Source: Eledone cirrhosa (taxonomy: Eukaryota). From it: a stretch of 64,000 bases of DNA. A program made the position numbers and the translations under genes. Under the pieces are notes generated by a model. The model had not been told where the DNA came from, did no database searches, and saw nothing but the letters and a program-made list of their open reading frames with translations. Where the stretch lies: contig OZ024740.1 in NCBI GenBank assembly GCA_964016885.1, forward strand, positions 32,984,001 to 33,048,000, read 5' to 3'. Shown piece by piece: positions 38,682-51,800 of the stretch (position 1 is its first letter; the number at the start of each line of letters is the position of its first letter).

Positions 38682-39984
38682 TCAGAATAGTCGCTACCCA
38701 CACCAGAATAGACCCCACCCATACCAGAATAGACCCTACCCACACCAGAATAGTCCATACCCACACCAGAATAGACCCTACCCACACCAGAATAGACCCC
38801 ACCCATACCAGAATAGACCCTACCCACACCAGAATAGTCCATACCCACACCAGAATAAACCCTACCCACACCAGAATAGTCCCTACCCACACCAGAATAA
38901 ACCCTACCCATACCAGAATAGTCCCTACCCACACCAGAATATACCACACCCACACCAGAATAGACCCTACCCATACCAGAATAGTCCCTACCAATACCAG
39001 AATAGACCCTACCCACACCAGAATATACCACACCCACACCAGAATAGACCCTACCCATGCCAGAATAGTCCCTACCAATACCAGAATAGACCCTACCCAC
39101 ACCAGAATAGACCCCACCCATACCAGAACAGACCCTACCCACACCAGAATAGTCCATACCCACACCAGAAACCCTACTCACACCAGAATAGACCACACGC
39201 ACACCAGAATAGACCCTACCCACACCAGAATAGTCCATACCCACACCAGAATAAACCCTACCCATACCAGAATACACCCCACCCACACCAGAATAGACCC
39301 CACCCATACCAGAATAGACCCTACCCACACCAGAATAGTCCCTACCCACACCAGAATAGTCCCTACCCACACCAGAATAGACCCAACCCATACCAGAATA
39401 GACCCTACCCACACCAGAATAGAGTCCACCCATACCAGAATAGACCCTACCCACACCACAATAGTCCATACCCACACCAGAATATACCACACCCACACCA
39501 GAATAGTCCCTACCAATACCAGAATAGACCCCACCCATACCAGAACAGACCCTACCCACACCAGAATAGTCCATACCCACACCAGAATAAACCCTACTCA
39601 CACCAGAATAGACCACACGCACACCAGAATAGACCCTACCCACACCAGAATAGTCCATACCCACACCAGAATAAACCCTACCCATACCAGAATACACCCC
39701 ACCCATACCAGAATAGACCCTACCCACACCAGAATAAACCCTACCCACACCAGAATAGAGCCTACCCACACCAGAATAGTCCCTACCCACACCAGAATAG
39801 ACCCTACCCACACCAGAATAGTCCCTACCCACACCAGAATAGTCCCTACCCACACCAGAATAGACCCAACCCATACCAGAATAGACCCTACCCACACCAG
39901 AATAGAGTCCACCCATACCAGAATAGACCCCACCCACACCAGAATAGTCCCTACCCACACCAGAATAGTCGCTACCCACACCAG
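38682..39984. repeat. 21-bp minisatellite (CCAGAATAGACCCTACCCACA variants), about 62 copies
   Basis: Direct inspection; yields YSGVGRV pseudo-ORFs. Confidence 0.96.
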
Positions 39985-40048
39985 GCTGGTCTAAGTGGTC
40001 AATGTAGTAATAGATGATGAGCCAATGATTTTACCAATTCAGTCGTGA

Positions 40049-40347
40049 TTTTTTTTTTTTTTTTTTTTAACGTCCGCTTTTCCCTGCTTGCAAGGGTGGG
40101 ATGGGAACTGATTCTGGCTTGATTTCTACAGCTGGATGCTTTTTTGCCGTGGCACCTCCACGACCACTTTGCAGTGGAATGATATGGACCCCAGTCCCTA
40201 TCATCTCATTTCTACAGCTGAGTAAACTGGAGCAATGTGAAATAAAGTGTCTTGCTCAAGGAAACAACACATGACCCGGTCCGAGAATTGAACTCACAAC
40301 CTTTCGATTGCAAGGCCAATGCTCTAACCACTAAGCCATGTGCCTCC
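40049..40347 (-). mobile_element. tRNA SINE with RTE tail, internally deleted, ending in poly(A) rather than (ATG)n
   Basis: Matches 29391-29747; T-run 40049-40068. Confidence 0.88.
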
Positions 40348-40393
40348 ACATTCTGAGATATTATGTAGCAATAAAGAAAATAAACACACGTAC

Positions 40394-40487
40394 TGTCTGC
40401 CATCTGGTTGCTGTTCACTCTTGATGCCAAGAATTTGGTTGTAAGCTGCTAATGCGGCGGCATGCTTAGCCTTCTTCTTACTAGATC
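40394..40487 (-). CDS. TARBP2: TRBP/Loqs-like exon, end of dsRBD1 ((G)SSKKKAKHAAALAAYNQILGIKSEQQPDGR)
   Basis: Acceptor ttttatgtttcag, donor CA|gtacgt, 94 nt, phases 1/2 fit; GxSKKxAKHxAA motif. Confidence 0.92.
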
Positions 40488-40824
40488 CTGAAACATAAAA
40501 AAAAATTCCCATATATTGGAATTCAAATCTAAACTATAATCTATCTTAATGAAAATAGGGAAATGGGTTATAGAAAAAACAATATTTTCAGTTTCTCCAC
40601 AAAATACATTTTAAGGGTTAAATTTGTATCTCTTTACTATTGAACCTGACAAAAAAGAAATTACTATTTATTTTGTCCCAAAATCTAAACAAAATAAATA
40701 CTGTTACCTACCACAGCAGCTCTTTGTATTGCCATTATATTTAGTGAACCGACAGTTCCTTGTTAATTTGCTTCTAATGTTAACATCATATATTTAGTGA
40801 AAGTTCTTTAACTTGTTAAAATGA

Positions 40825-41370
40825 GTGCAGGGAGAGGCTGCACAGAGAGCATAATAGCTAGAGTAAGAAGATGATGGAAAAAGTTGAGAGAGCTGCTACC
40901 TCTGTTGACAGCAAAAGATTTCTTGTTATGAAAGAAATGCTGGATGTATGAAGTGTGATGTTGCATAGAAGTGAGACATGGGCAGTGAATGGAGGATATT
41001 CAAAAGCTAGAGAGAAATGAAGCAAGCATGCTTCAATGGATGTGCAATTTGAAAGGCAAAGCATAGATGAACAGAGAGAGAAACTGGATATTAGAGGAAT
41101 CAGATGTAGTGTGTAGGAGAGAAGTCTTCACTGGCATGGTCATGTGATGCGCATGGATGATGATCGTTGGGTGAAGAGGTACCAAGAAATCTTAGTGGAA
41201 GAAAGCCGAAGTAGAGGAAGACCTGGACAGAGAGAGCTGATCTCAGATCAGTAAATATCACAGAGGAGATGACGAAGGACCGAGACGATTAGAGAGATGC
41301 TGTGCTGGAAAGAACCCATTCAACCCATGCAAGTATGGAAAAGCAGACGTAAAATAGTGATGATGATGAT
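40825..41370 (+). mobile_element. Old degenerate RTE 3' fragment
   Basis: Residual WKKxRELLPLL, SETWA, WHGHVMRM and (ATG)n tail. Confidence 0.78.
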
Positions 41371-41461
41371 ATTATATATATATCCAGATTGAAGCTTAAG
41401 TATTATCTTACCTTACTTGATAATTATCAACTATAGATAGACTGTATAGAGAAATGTTGTA

Positions 41462-41768
41462 GCTAATTGGCACTCTATCGATTACGACGATGAATGTTCC
41501 AGTTGATACAATCAACAGAACAGCCTGCTCGTGAAATTAATGTGCAAGTGGCTGAGCATTCCACAATGCACGCATAACGCTAATGAAGTTCTCAGGGAGA
41601 TTTAGCGTGACACAGAATGTGACAAAGCAGACCCTTCGAATTACAGGTACAGTTGAGTGGACTGGAGCAACGTGAAATAAAGTGTCTCGCTCAATTCCAC
41701 TGGGAACTGAACTTGTGACCTTAGATTGTGAGCTGAATTCCCTGACCACAAAGCCATGCGCCTTCACA
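41462..41768 (-). mobile_element. tRNA-derived SINE, third family
   Basis: Reverse complement gtgaaggcgcatggctttgtggtcaggg... A/B boxes and cactttatttcacgttgctccagt core. Confidence 0.72.
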
Positions 41769-42232
41769 ATGTTGTAGCTCTAATAGGAACAGAATGGTTA
41801 TATTCTCACACTGAAATAGTATTTCTGTGTGTACACTTTACATTATTTATGTTGTAGCTTCTATATTTTTATACAAATTTATTGAGTATTCTGGTAAACT
41901 AAAACATTGTGATATATTTTAAGAAGGGGAGAGAGAAAAATATGCCAAGTCAGAGTACCAAAAAAAGAAATATTTTTATAGTTTTCTTTTCTTTTAATGC
42001 CATGAATCCCTTTAAAACTATATCTTAGAAGCTGGCACACCTCTTATTTTTAATTCTACCCACCCAACATTGCAATTGTAAGAAAAAAAAAAAATTGATA
42101 CAAATTAAATTATTCCACCCCTGAATCAATGTATATAAGCTATTAAGATTGTTATGCAGATACACATTTTGATAAACAATAATATAAATAAATTAAAATC
42201 TACTCATGAAAATCAATAAAAAATATAATTAC

Positions 42233-42395
42233 CTTTTCCAGTTGCTACAATTTCACCAACGGTGACCTGCATCATGTAAGTGGGCTCATGTGTAGCCCCT
42301 TCGTTGGAGATTAAGTCATACTGTGGAGTGAGGCCACGCTTAGTACACAATTCCTGCAGGTGACTAATTGGAGTCTTACCTGCCGGAATTGTCAT
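42233..42395 (-). CDS. TARBP2: TRBP/Loqs-like exon, start of dsRBD1 (MTIPAGKTPISHLQELCTKRGLTPQYDLISNEGATHEPTYMMQVTVGEIVATGK)
   Basis: GKTPISxLQE...PxYDL...EGxxHxP is the TRBP/PACT dsRBD1 signature; acceptor tttatctag directly before ATG; donor G|gtaatt. Confidence 0.95.
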
Positions 42396-42725
42396 CTAGA
42401 TAAACAAAAATAGAAACATACAAAAGGAAATTCAGAGATAGATCAATTTCAAAGATAAGGATAGATCAATTTCAAAATCATAATTTAGTGTTGCTCTAAG
42501 TAATATTAAGGTTTTTTTCCTGGAGGAATTTATTTTGAAAATGCTAATTAACTCTTAACATCCTGTAATGATTAAAGAGTGGGTTATGATTAATGCAAAT
42601 ATTTTTAAAAAAAGCTTCTTTTTAGTTTTGGGAAGACAGATTTATTTTATAATTATGGAATTTCCTTTAAAATTACCTGTTATACCTCCATTATTCAAAA
42701 CAGAAAAGTAATTAGCAAAACTTAC

Positions 42726-42752
42726 GGATTCAGGTTGTCCTGTTGGCGTCAT
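42726..42752 (-). CDS. TARBP2: Candidate 27-nt microexon (MTPTGQPES), in frame upstream of the dsRBD1 exon
   Basis: Acceptor ctttctttgtctctgaaaattgcatag, ATG first, donor TCC|gtaagt. Confidence 0.62.
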
Positions 42753-43723
42753 CTATGCAATTTTCAGAGACAAAGAAAGTTAAGATGCTGCATAGCAAAA
42801 TGCTGAAATGATAAAGTATTTGGTGTTAGCTTTGATGATGATGATGATGATGATGATGAATATTAAGAAAATATAATTTCATGAGCGAGAAAAGAAACAT
42901 AAATTTCACAATATATGGTTCAAATCAGAAAGCAAGCGAAGTCAATTTCAACCGATGTATCTGGTTTAGAATAGGTACACTGTATCACTGTGTCATAAAA
43001 AATTACTAAAAGGGTTGGTGTCGTGAAGGGCATCCTTCTATAAACATTACCTCAAATAGTCCCGTCCAACCCATGCCACCATGGAAAAGTTGTAAAAAAA
43101 GATGATGATGATGAAATGAGTAAATTTGGGAGAAAATGAAGTCAATGAAGTTTAAATTTATAAGTTATAAGTAGTTGGAATCAAACTGAATATCAGTGTT
43201 CACAGCTGTAACTATTTATACTGAATTGAAAACATTTTCTTTATATCACAATTGGTGAACAGAGTTGTTGGTTATAGATTTCCACTGATCCAATCACTGA
43301 TTTTTCTGATGAGGAAAATGACAAGGGAGTGTGTGTAACTCAATGCAGGACAAACACTTCAATGGATTTCATTTGTAAGACAAAGGCTGCGAGTGTGCTG
43401 GCTTGCCTCAAAAATCATTAGAGAGGTTGCCCGGTACTCCTCGCGACACTGCTGTCTTTTACCCTGGTGTTGGCTCCGTTGCTCACCCCCTTCCTTTACA
43501 TTTTCTTTAATATTGCAACATTAAAAGAATATAGACAATAGTCCCCTTGTTTTCTTGCCAATGTTCATATCGGTCTCCAACATGCATCAGTGAGATACAC
43601 AAAGCATCGGTCCTTCTGAGGGGAAAAATTAAAGATATTTGTTAAAAGGACTGCATAGAGGGGTAAAACAAATTGATGTTCAGTTAAAAGAGGGGAGGAA
43701 GTGCTTTAACTTTTTGTAGGCCC

Positions 43724-45835
43724 TGGCAATATTGGTGTAGTATATATTGTAGTACTAACTACACTGGTGATATTGGTGTAGTTTATGTTGTAGTACTAAC
43801 AACACTGGTGATATTGGTGTAGTTTATGTTGTAGTACTAACTACACTGATGATATTGGTGTAGTTTATGTTGTAGTACTAACTACATTGGTGTAGTTTAT
43901 GTTGTAGTAATAACTACACTGGTGATATTGATGTAGTTTATGTTGTAGTACTAACTACACTGGTGATATTGGTGTAGTTTATGTTGTAGTACTAACTACA
44001 CTGGTGATATTGGTGTAGTACTAACTACACTGGTGATATTGGTGTAGTTTATGTTGTAGTACTAACTACACTGGTGATATTGGTGTAGTTTATGTTATAG
44101 TACTAACTACATTGGTGTAGTTTATGTTGTAGTAATAACTACACTGGTGATATTGATGTAGTTTATGTTGTAGTACTAACTACACTGGTGATATTGGTGT
44201 AGTTTATGTTGTAGTACTAACTACACTGGTGATATTGGTGTAGTTTATGTTGTAGTACTAACAACACTGGTGATATTGGTGTAGTTTATGTTGTAGTACT
44301 AACTACACTGATGATATTGGTGTAGTTTATGTTGTAGTACTAACTACATTGGTGTAGTTTATGTTGTAGTAATAACTACACTGGTGATATTGATGTAGTT
44401 TATGTTGTAGTACTAACTACACTGGTGATATTGGTCTAGTTTATGTTGTAGTACTAACTACACTGGTGATATTGGTGTAGTTTATGTTGTAGTACTAACT
44501 ACACTGGTGATATTGGTGTAGTTTATGTTGTAGTACTAACTACACTGGTGATATTGGTGTAGTTTATGTTGTAGTACTAACTACACTGGTGATATTGGTG
44601 TAGTATAAGTTGTAGTACTAACTACATTGGCAACATTGGTGTAGTATAAGTTGCAGTACTAACTACACTGGTGATATTGGTGTAGTTTATGTTGCAGTAA
44701 TAACTACATTGGCAACATTGGTGTAGTTTATGTTGTAGTACTAACAATACTGGTGATATTGGTGTAGTTTATGTTGTAGTACTAACAATACTGGTGATAT
44801 TGGTGCTGCTTATGTTGTAGTACTAACAATACTGGTGATATTGGTGTAGTTTATGTTGTAGTACTAACTACACTGGTGATATTGGTGTAGTTTATGTTGT
44901 AGTACTAACTACACTGGTGATATTGGTGTAGTTTATGTTGTAGTACTAACTACACTGGTGATATTGGTGTAGTTTATGTTGCAGTAATAACTACATTGGC
45001 AACATTGGTGTAGTTTATGTTGTAGTACTAACAATACTGGTGATATTGGTGTAGTTTATGTTGTAGTACTAACAATACTGGTGATATTGGTGCTGCTTAT
45101 GTTGTAGTACTAACAATACTGGTGATATTGGTGTAGTTTATGTTGTAGTACTAACTACACTGGTGATATTGGTGTAGTTTATGTTGTAGTACTAACTACA
45201 CTTGTGATATTGGTGTAGTTTATGTTGCAGTACTAACTACACTGGTGATATTGGTGTAGTTTATGTTGCAGTACTAACTACATTGGTGATATTGGTGCAG
45301 TTTATGTTGTAGTAATAACTACACTGGTGATATTGGTGTAGTTTATGTTGTAGTACTAACTACACTGGTGATATTGGTGTAGTTTATGTTGCAGTACTAA
45401 CTACACTGGTGATATTGGTGTAGTTTATGTTGTAGTACTAACTACACTGGTGATATTGGTGTAGTTTATGTTGTAGTACTAACTGCACTGGTGATATTGG
45501 TGTAGTTTATGTTGTAGTACTAACTATACTGGTGATATTGGTGTAGTTTATGTTGTAGTACTAACTACACTGGTGATATTGGTGCTGCTTATGTTGTAGT
45601 ACTACTACACTGGTGATATTGGTGTTGTTTATGTTGTAGTACTAACTACACTGTGTTATTGGTGTAGTTTATGTTGTAGTACTAACTACACTGGTGATAT
45701 TGGTGTAGTTTATGTTGTAGTACTAACAACACTGGTGATATTGGTGTAGTTTATGTTGTAGTACTAACTACACTGGCAATATTGGTGTAGTTTATGTTGT
45801 AGTACTAACTACACTGGTGATATTGGTGTAGTATA
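43724..45835. repeat. 39-bp minisatellite (ACTACACTGGTGATATTGGTGTAGTTTATGTTGTAGTACTA-like), related to the adjacent 60-bp array
   Basis: Shared TTGGTGTAGT.TATGTTGTAGTACTAACT core; contains stops in the frame open next door. Confidence 0.95.
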
Positions 45836-48800
45836 TGTTGTATTTACTGGTGTAGTGTATGTTGAAGTACTAACTGGTGGTATTGGTGTAGTATATGTTG
45901 TAGTAAATGGTGTAGTATATGTTGTAGTAACTGGTGTAGTGTATGTTGAAGTACTAACTGGTGGTATTGGTGTAGTATATGTTGTAGTAACTGGTGTAGT
46001 GTATGTTGAAGTACTAACTGGTGGTATTGGTGTAGTATATGTTGTAGTAACTGGTGTAGTGTATGTTGTAGTACTAACTGGTGGTATTGGTGTAGTATAT
46101 GTTGTAGTAACTGGTGTAGTGTATGTTGTAGTACTAACTGGTGGTATTGGTGTAGTATATGTTGTAGTAACTGGTGTAGTGTATATTGTAGTAACTGGTG
46201 TAGTGTATGTTGTAGTACTAACTGGTTGTATTGTTGTAGTAACTGGTGTAGTGTATGTTGAAGTACTAACTGGTGGTATTGGTGTAGTAACTGGTGTAGT
46301 GTATGTTGTAGTACTAACTGGTGGTATTGTTGTAGTAACTGGTGTAGTGTATGTTGAAGTACTAACTGGTGGTATTGGTGTAGTATATGTTGTAGTACTA
46401 ACTGGTGGTATTGTTGTAGTAACTGGTGTAGTGTATGTTGAAGTACTAACTGGTGGTAATGGTGTAGTATATGTTGTAGTAACTGGTGTAGTGTATGTTG
46501 TAGTACTAACTGGTGGTATTGGTGTAGTATATGTTGTAGTAACTGGTGTAGTGTATGTTGAAGTACTAACTGGTGGTATTGGTGTAGTATATGTTGTAGT
46601 AACTGGTGTAGTGTATGTTGAAGTACTAACTGGTGGTAATGGTGTAGTGTATGTTGTAGTACTAACTGGTGGTAATGGTGTAGTATATGTTGTAGTAACT
46701 GGTGTAGTGTATGTTGTAGTACTAACTGGTGGTATTGGTGTAGTATATGTTGTAGTAACTGGTGTAGTGTATGTTGAAGTACTAACTGGTGTAGTATATG
46801 TTGTAGTAACTGGTGTAGTGTATGTTGAAGTACTAACTGGTGGTAATGGTGTAGTGTATGTTGTAGTACTAACTGGTGGTATTGGTGTAGTATATGTTGT
46901 AGTAACTGGTGTAGTGTATGTTGAAGTACTAACTGGTGGTAATGGTGTAGTGTATGTTGTAGTACTAACTGGTGGTATTGGTGTAGTATATGTTGTAGTA
47001 CTAACTGGTGGTATTGTTGTAGTAACTGGTGTAGTGTATGTTGAAGTACTAACTGGTGGTATTGGTGTAGTATATGTTGTAGTACTAACTGGTGGTATTG
47101 TTGTAGTAACTGGTGTAGTGTATGTTGAAGTACTAACTGGTGGTAATGGTGTAGTATATGTTGTAGTAACTGGTGTAGTGTATGTTGTAGTACTAACTGG
47201 TGGTATTGGTGTAGTATATGTTGTAGTAACTGGTGTAGTGTATATTGTAGTAACTGGTGTAGTGTATATTGTAGTAACTGGTGTAGTGTATGTTGTAGTA
47301 CTAACTGGTGGTATTGGTGTAGTATATGTTGTAGTAACTGGTGTAGTGTATGTTGAAGTACTAACTGGTGGTATTGGTGTAGTATATGTTGTAGTAACTG
47401 GTGTAGTGTATGTTGAAGTACTAACTGGTGGTATTGGTGTAGTATATGTTGTAGTAACTGGTGTAGTGTATGTTGTAGTACTAACTGGTGGTATTGGTGT
47501 AGTATATGTTGTAGTAACTGGTGTAGTGTATATTGTAGTAACTGGTGTAGTGTATATTGTAGTAACTGGTGTAGTGTATGTTGTAGTACTAACTGGTGGT
47601 ATTGGTGTAGTATATGTTGTAGTAACTGGTGTAGTGTATGTTGAAGTACTAACTGGTGGTATTGGTGTAGTATATGTTGTAGTAACTGGTGTAGTGTATG
47701 TTGTAGTACTAACTGGTGGTATTGGTGTAGTATATGTTGTAGTAACTGGTGTAGTGTATGTTGTAGTACTAACTGGTGGTATTGGTGTAGTATATGTTGT
47801 AGTAACTGGTGTAGTGTATGTTGAAGTACTAACTGGTGGTAATGGTGTAGTATATGTTGTAGTAACTGGTGTAGTGTATGTTGAAGTACTAACTGGTGGT
47901 ATTGGTGTAGTATATGTTGTAGTAACTGGTGTAGTGTATGTTGTAGTACTAACTGGTCGTATTGGTGTAGTATATGTTGTAGTAACTGGTGTAGTATATG
48001 TTGTAGTAACTGGTGTAGTGTATGTTGAAGTACTAACTGGTGGTATTGGTGTAGTATATGTTGTAGTAACTGGTGTAGTATATGTTGTAGTAACTGGTGT
48101 AGTGTATGTTGAAGTACTAACTGGTGGTATTGGTGTAGTATATGTTATAGTAACTGGTGTAGTGTATGTTGAAGTACTAACTGGTGGTAATGGTGTAGTA
48201 TATGTTGTAGTAACTGGTGTAGTGTATGTTGTAGTACTAACTGGTGGTATTGGTGTAGTATATGTTGTAGTAACTGGTGTAGTGTATGTTGAAGTACTAA
48301 CTGGTGGTATTGGTGTAGTATATGTTGTAGTAACTGGTGTAGTGTATGTTGAAGTACTAACTGGTCGTATTGGTGTAGTATATGTTGTAGTAACTGGTGT
48401 AGTGTATGTTGAAGTACTAACTGGTGGTATTGGTGTAGTATATGTTGTAGTAACTGGTGTAGTGTATATTGTAGTAACTGGTGTAGTGTATGTTGTAGTA
48501 CTAACTGGTGGTATTGGTGTAGTATATGTTGTAGTAACTGGTGTAGTGTATGTTGAAGTACTAACTGGTGGTATTGGTGTAGTATATGTTGTAGTAACTG
48601 GTGTAGTGTATGTTGAAGTACTAACTGGTGGTATTGGTGTAGTACATGTTGTAGTAACTGGTGTAGTGTATGTTGTAGTACTAACTGGTGGTATTGGTGT
48701 AGTACATGTTGTAGTAACTGGTGTAGTGTATGTTGAAGTACTAACTGGTGGTATTGGTGTAGTATATGTTGTAGTAACTGGTGTAGTGTATGTTGAAGTA

Positions 48801-51800
48801 CTAACTGGTGGTAATGGTGTAGTACATGTTGTAGTAACTGGTGTAGTGTATGTTGAAGTACTAACTGGTGGTAATGGTGTAGTACATGTTGTAGTAACTG
48901 GTGTAGTGTATGTTGTAGTACTAACTGGTGGTATTGGTGTAGTATATGTTGTAGTAACTGGTGTAGTGTATGTTGTAGTACTAACTGGTCGTATTGGTGT
49001 AGTATATGTTGTAGTAACTGGTGTAGTGTATGTTGAAGTACTAACTGGTCGTATTGGTGTAGTATATGTTGTAGTAACTGGTGTAGTGTATGTTGAAGTA
49101 CTAACTGGTGGTATTGGTGTAGTATATGTTGTAGTAACTGGTGTAGTGTATGTTGAAGTACTAACTGGTGGTATTGGTGTAGTATATGTTGTAGTAACTG
49201 GTGTAGTGTATATTGTAGTAACTGGTGTAGTGTATGTTGTAGTACTAACTGGTGGTATTGGTGTAGTATATGTTGTAGTAACTGGTGTAGTGTATGTTGA
49301 AGTACTAACTGGTGGTAATGGTGTAGTACATGTTGTAGTAACTGGTGTAGTGTATGTTGTAGTACTAACTGGTGGTATTGGTGTAGTATATGTTGTAGTA
49401 ACTGGTGTAGTGTATGTTGTAGTACTAACTGGTCGTATTGGTGTAGTGTATGTTGTAGTACTAACTGGTGGTATTGGTGTAGTATATGTTGTAGTAACTG
49501 GTGTAGTGTATGTTGTAGTACTAACTGGTGGTATTGGTGTAGTATATGTTGTAGTAACTGGTGTAGTGTATGTTGTAGTACTAACTGGTGGTATTGGTGT
49601 AGTATATGTTGTAGTAACTGGTGTAGTGTATGTTGTAGTACTAACTGGTCGTATTGGTGTAGTATATGTTGTAGTAACTGGTGTAGTGTATGTTGTAGTA
49701 CTAACTGGTGGTATTGGTGTAGTATATGTTGTAGTAACTGGTGTAGTGTATGTTGTAGTACTAACTGGTGGTATTGGTGTAGTATATGTTGTAGTAACTG
49801 GTGTAGTGTATGTTGTAGTACTAACTGGTGGTAATGGTGTAGTATATGTTGTAGTAACTGGTGTAGTGTATGTTGAAGTACTAACTGGTGGTATTGGTGT
49901 AGTATATGTTGTAGTAACTGGTGTAGTGTATGTTGAAGTACTAACTGGTGGTATTGGTGTAGTATATGTTGTAGTAACTGGTGTAGTGTATGTTGAAGTA
50001 CTAACTGGTGGTATTGGTGTAGTATATGTTGTAGTAACTGGTGTAGTGTATGTTGTAGTACTAACTGGTGGTATTGGTGTAGTATATGTTGTAGTAACTG
50101 GTGTAGTGTATGTTGTAGTACTAACTGGTGGTATTGGTGTAGTATATGTTGTAGTAACTGGTGTAGTGTATGTTGTAGTACTAACTGGTGGTATTGGTGT
50201 AGTATATGTTGTAGTAACTGGTGTAGTGTATGTTGTAGTACTAACTGGTGGTATTGGTGTAGTATATGTTGTAGTAACTGGTGTAGTGTATGTTGTAGTA
50301 CTAACTGGTGGTATTGGTGTAGTATATGTTGTAGTAACTGGTGTAGTGTATGTTGAAGTACTAACTGGTGGTAATGGTGTAGTATATGTTGTAGTAACTG
50401 GTGTAGTGTATGTTGAAGTACTAACTGGTGGTATTGGTGTAGTATATGTTGTAGTAACTGGTGTAGTGTATGTTGAAGTACTAACTGGTGGTAATGGTGT
50501 AGTACATGTTGTAGTAACTGGTGTAGTGTATGTTGTAGTACTAACTGGTGGTATTGGTGTAGTATATGTTGTAGTAACTGGTGTAGTGTATGTTGTAGTA
50601 CTAACTGGTCGTATTGGTGTAGTGTATGTTGTAGTACTAACTGGTGGTATTGGTGTAGTATATGTTGTAGTAACTGGTGTAGTGTATGTTGTAGTACTAA
50701 CTGGTGGTATTGGTGTAGTATATGTTGTAGTAACTGGTGTAGTGTATGTTGTAGTACTAACTGGTGGTATTGGTGTAGTATATGTTGTAGTAACTGGTGT
50801 AGTGTATGTTGTAGTACTAACTGGTCGTATTGGTGTAGTATATGTTGTAGTAACTGGTGTAGTGTATGTTGTAGTACTAACTGGTGGTATTGGTGTAGTA
50901 TATGTTGTAGTAACTGGTGTAGTGTATGTTGTAGTACTAACTGGTGGTATTGGTGTAGTATATGTTGTAGTAACTGGTGTAGTGTATGTTGAAGTACTAA
51001 CTGGTGGTAATGGTGTAGTGTATGTTGTAGTACTAACTGGTGGTATTGGTGTAGTATATGTTGTAGTACTAACTGGTGGTATTGTTGTAGTAACTGGTGT
51101 AGTGTATGTTGAAGTACTAACTGGTGGTATTGGTGTAGTATATGTTGTAGTACTAACTGGTGGTATTGTTGTAGTAACTGGTGTAGTGTATGTTGAAGTA
51201 CTAACTGGTGGTAATGGTGTAGTATATGTTGTAGTAACTGGTGTAGTGTATGTTGTAGTACTAACTGGTGGTATTGGTGTAGTATATGTTGTAGTAACTG
51301 GTGTAGTGTATATTGTAGTAACTGGTGTAGTGTATATTGTAGTAACTGGTGTAGTGTATGTTGTAGTACTAACTGGTGGTATTGGTGTAGTATATGTTGT
51401 AGTAACTGGTGTAGTGTATGTTGAAGTACTAACTGGTGGTATTGGTGTAGTATATGTTGTAGTAACTGGTGTAGTGTATGTTGAAGTACTAACTGGTGGT
51501 ATTGGTGTAGTATATGTTGTAGTAACTGGTGTAGTGTATGTTGTAGTACTAACTGGTGGTATTGGTGTAGTATATGTTGTAGTAACTGGTGTAGTGTATA
51601 TTGTAGTAACTGGTGTAGTGTATATTGTAGTAACTGGTGTAGTGTATGTTGTAGTACTAACTGGTGGTATTGGTGTAGTATATGTTGTAGTAACTGGTGT
51701 AGTGTATGTTGAAGTACTAACTGGTGGTATTGGTGTAGTATATGTTGTAGTAACTGGTGTAGTGTATGTTGTAGTACTAACTGGTGGTATTGGTGTAGTA

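Noticed and set aside
38585-39981. 464-aa YSGVGRV-repeat ORF as a glycine-rich shell/cuticle protein
   Set aside because: 21-bp intronic minisatellite with no real ATG start, signal peptide or splice support; other frames are also open
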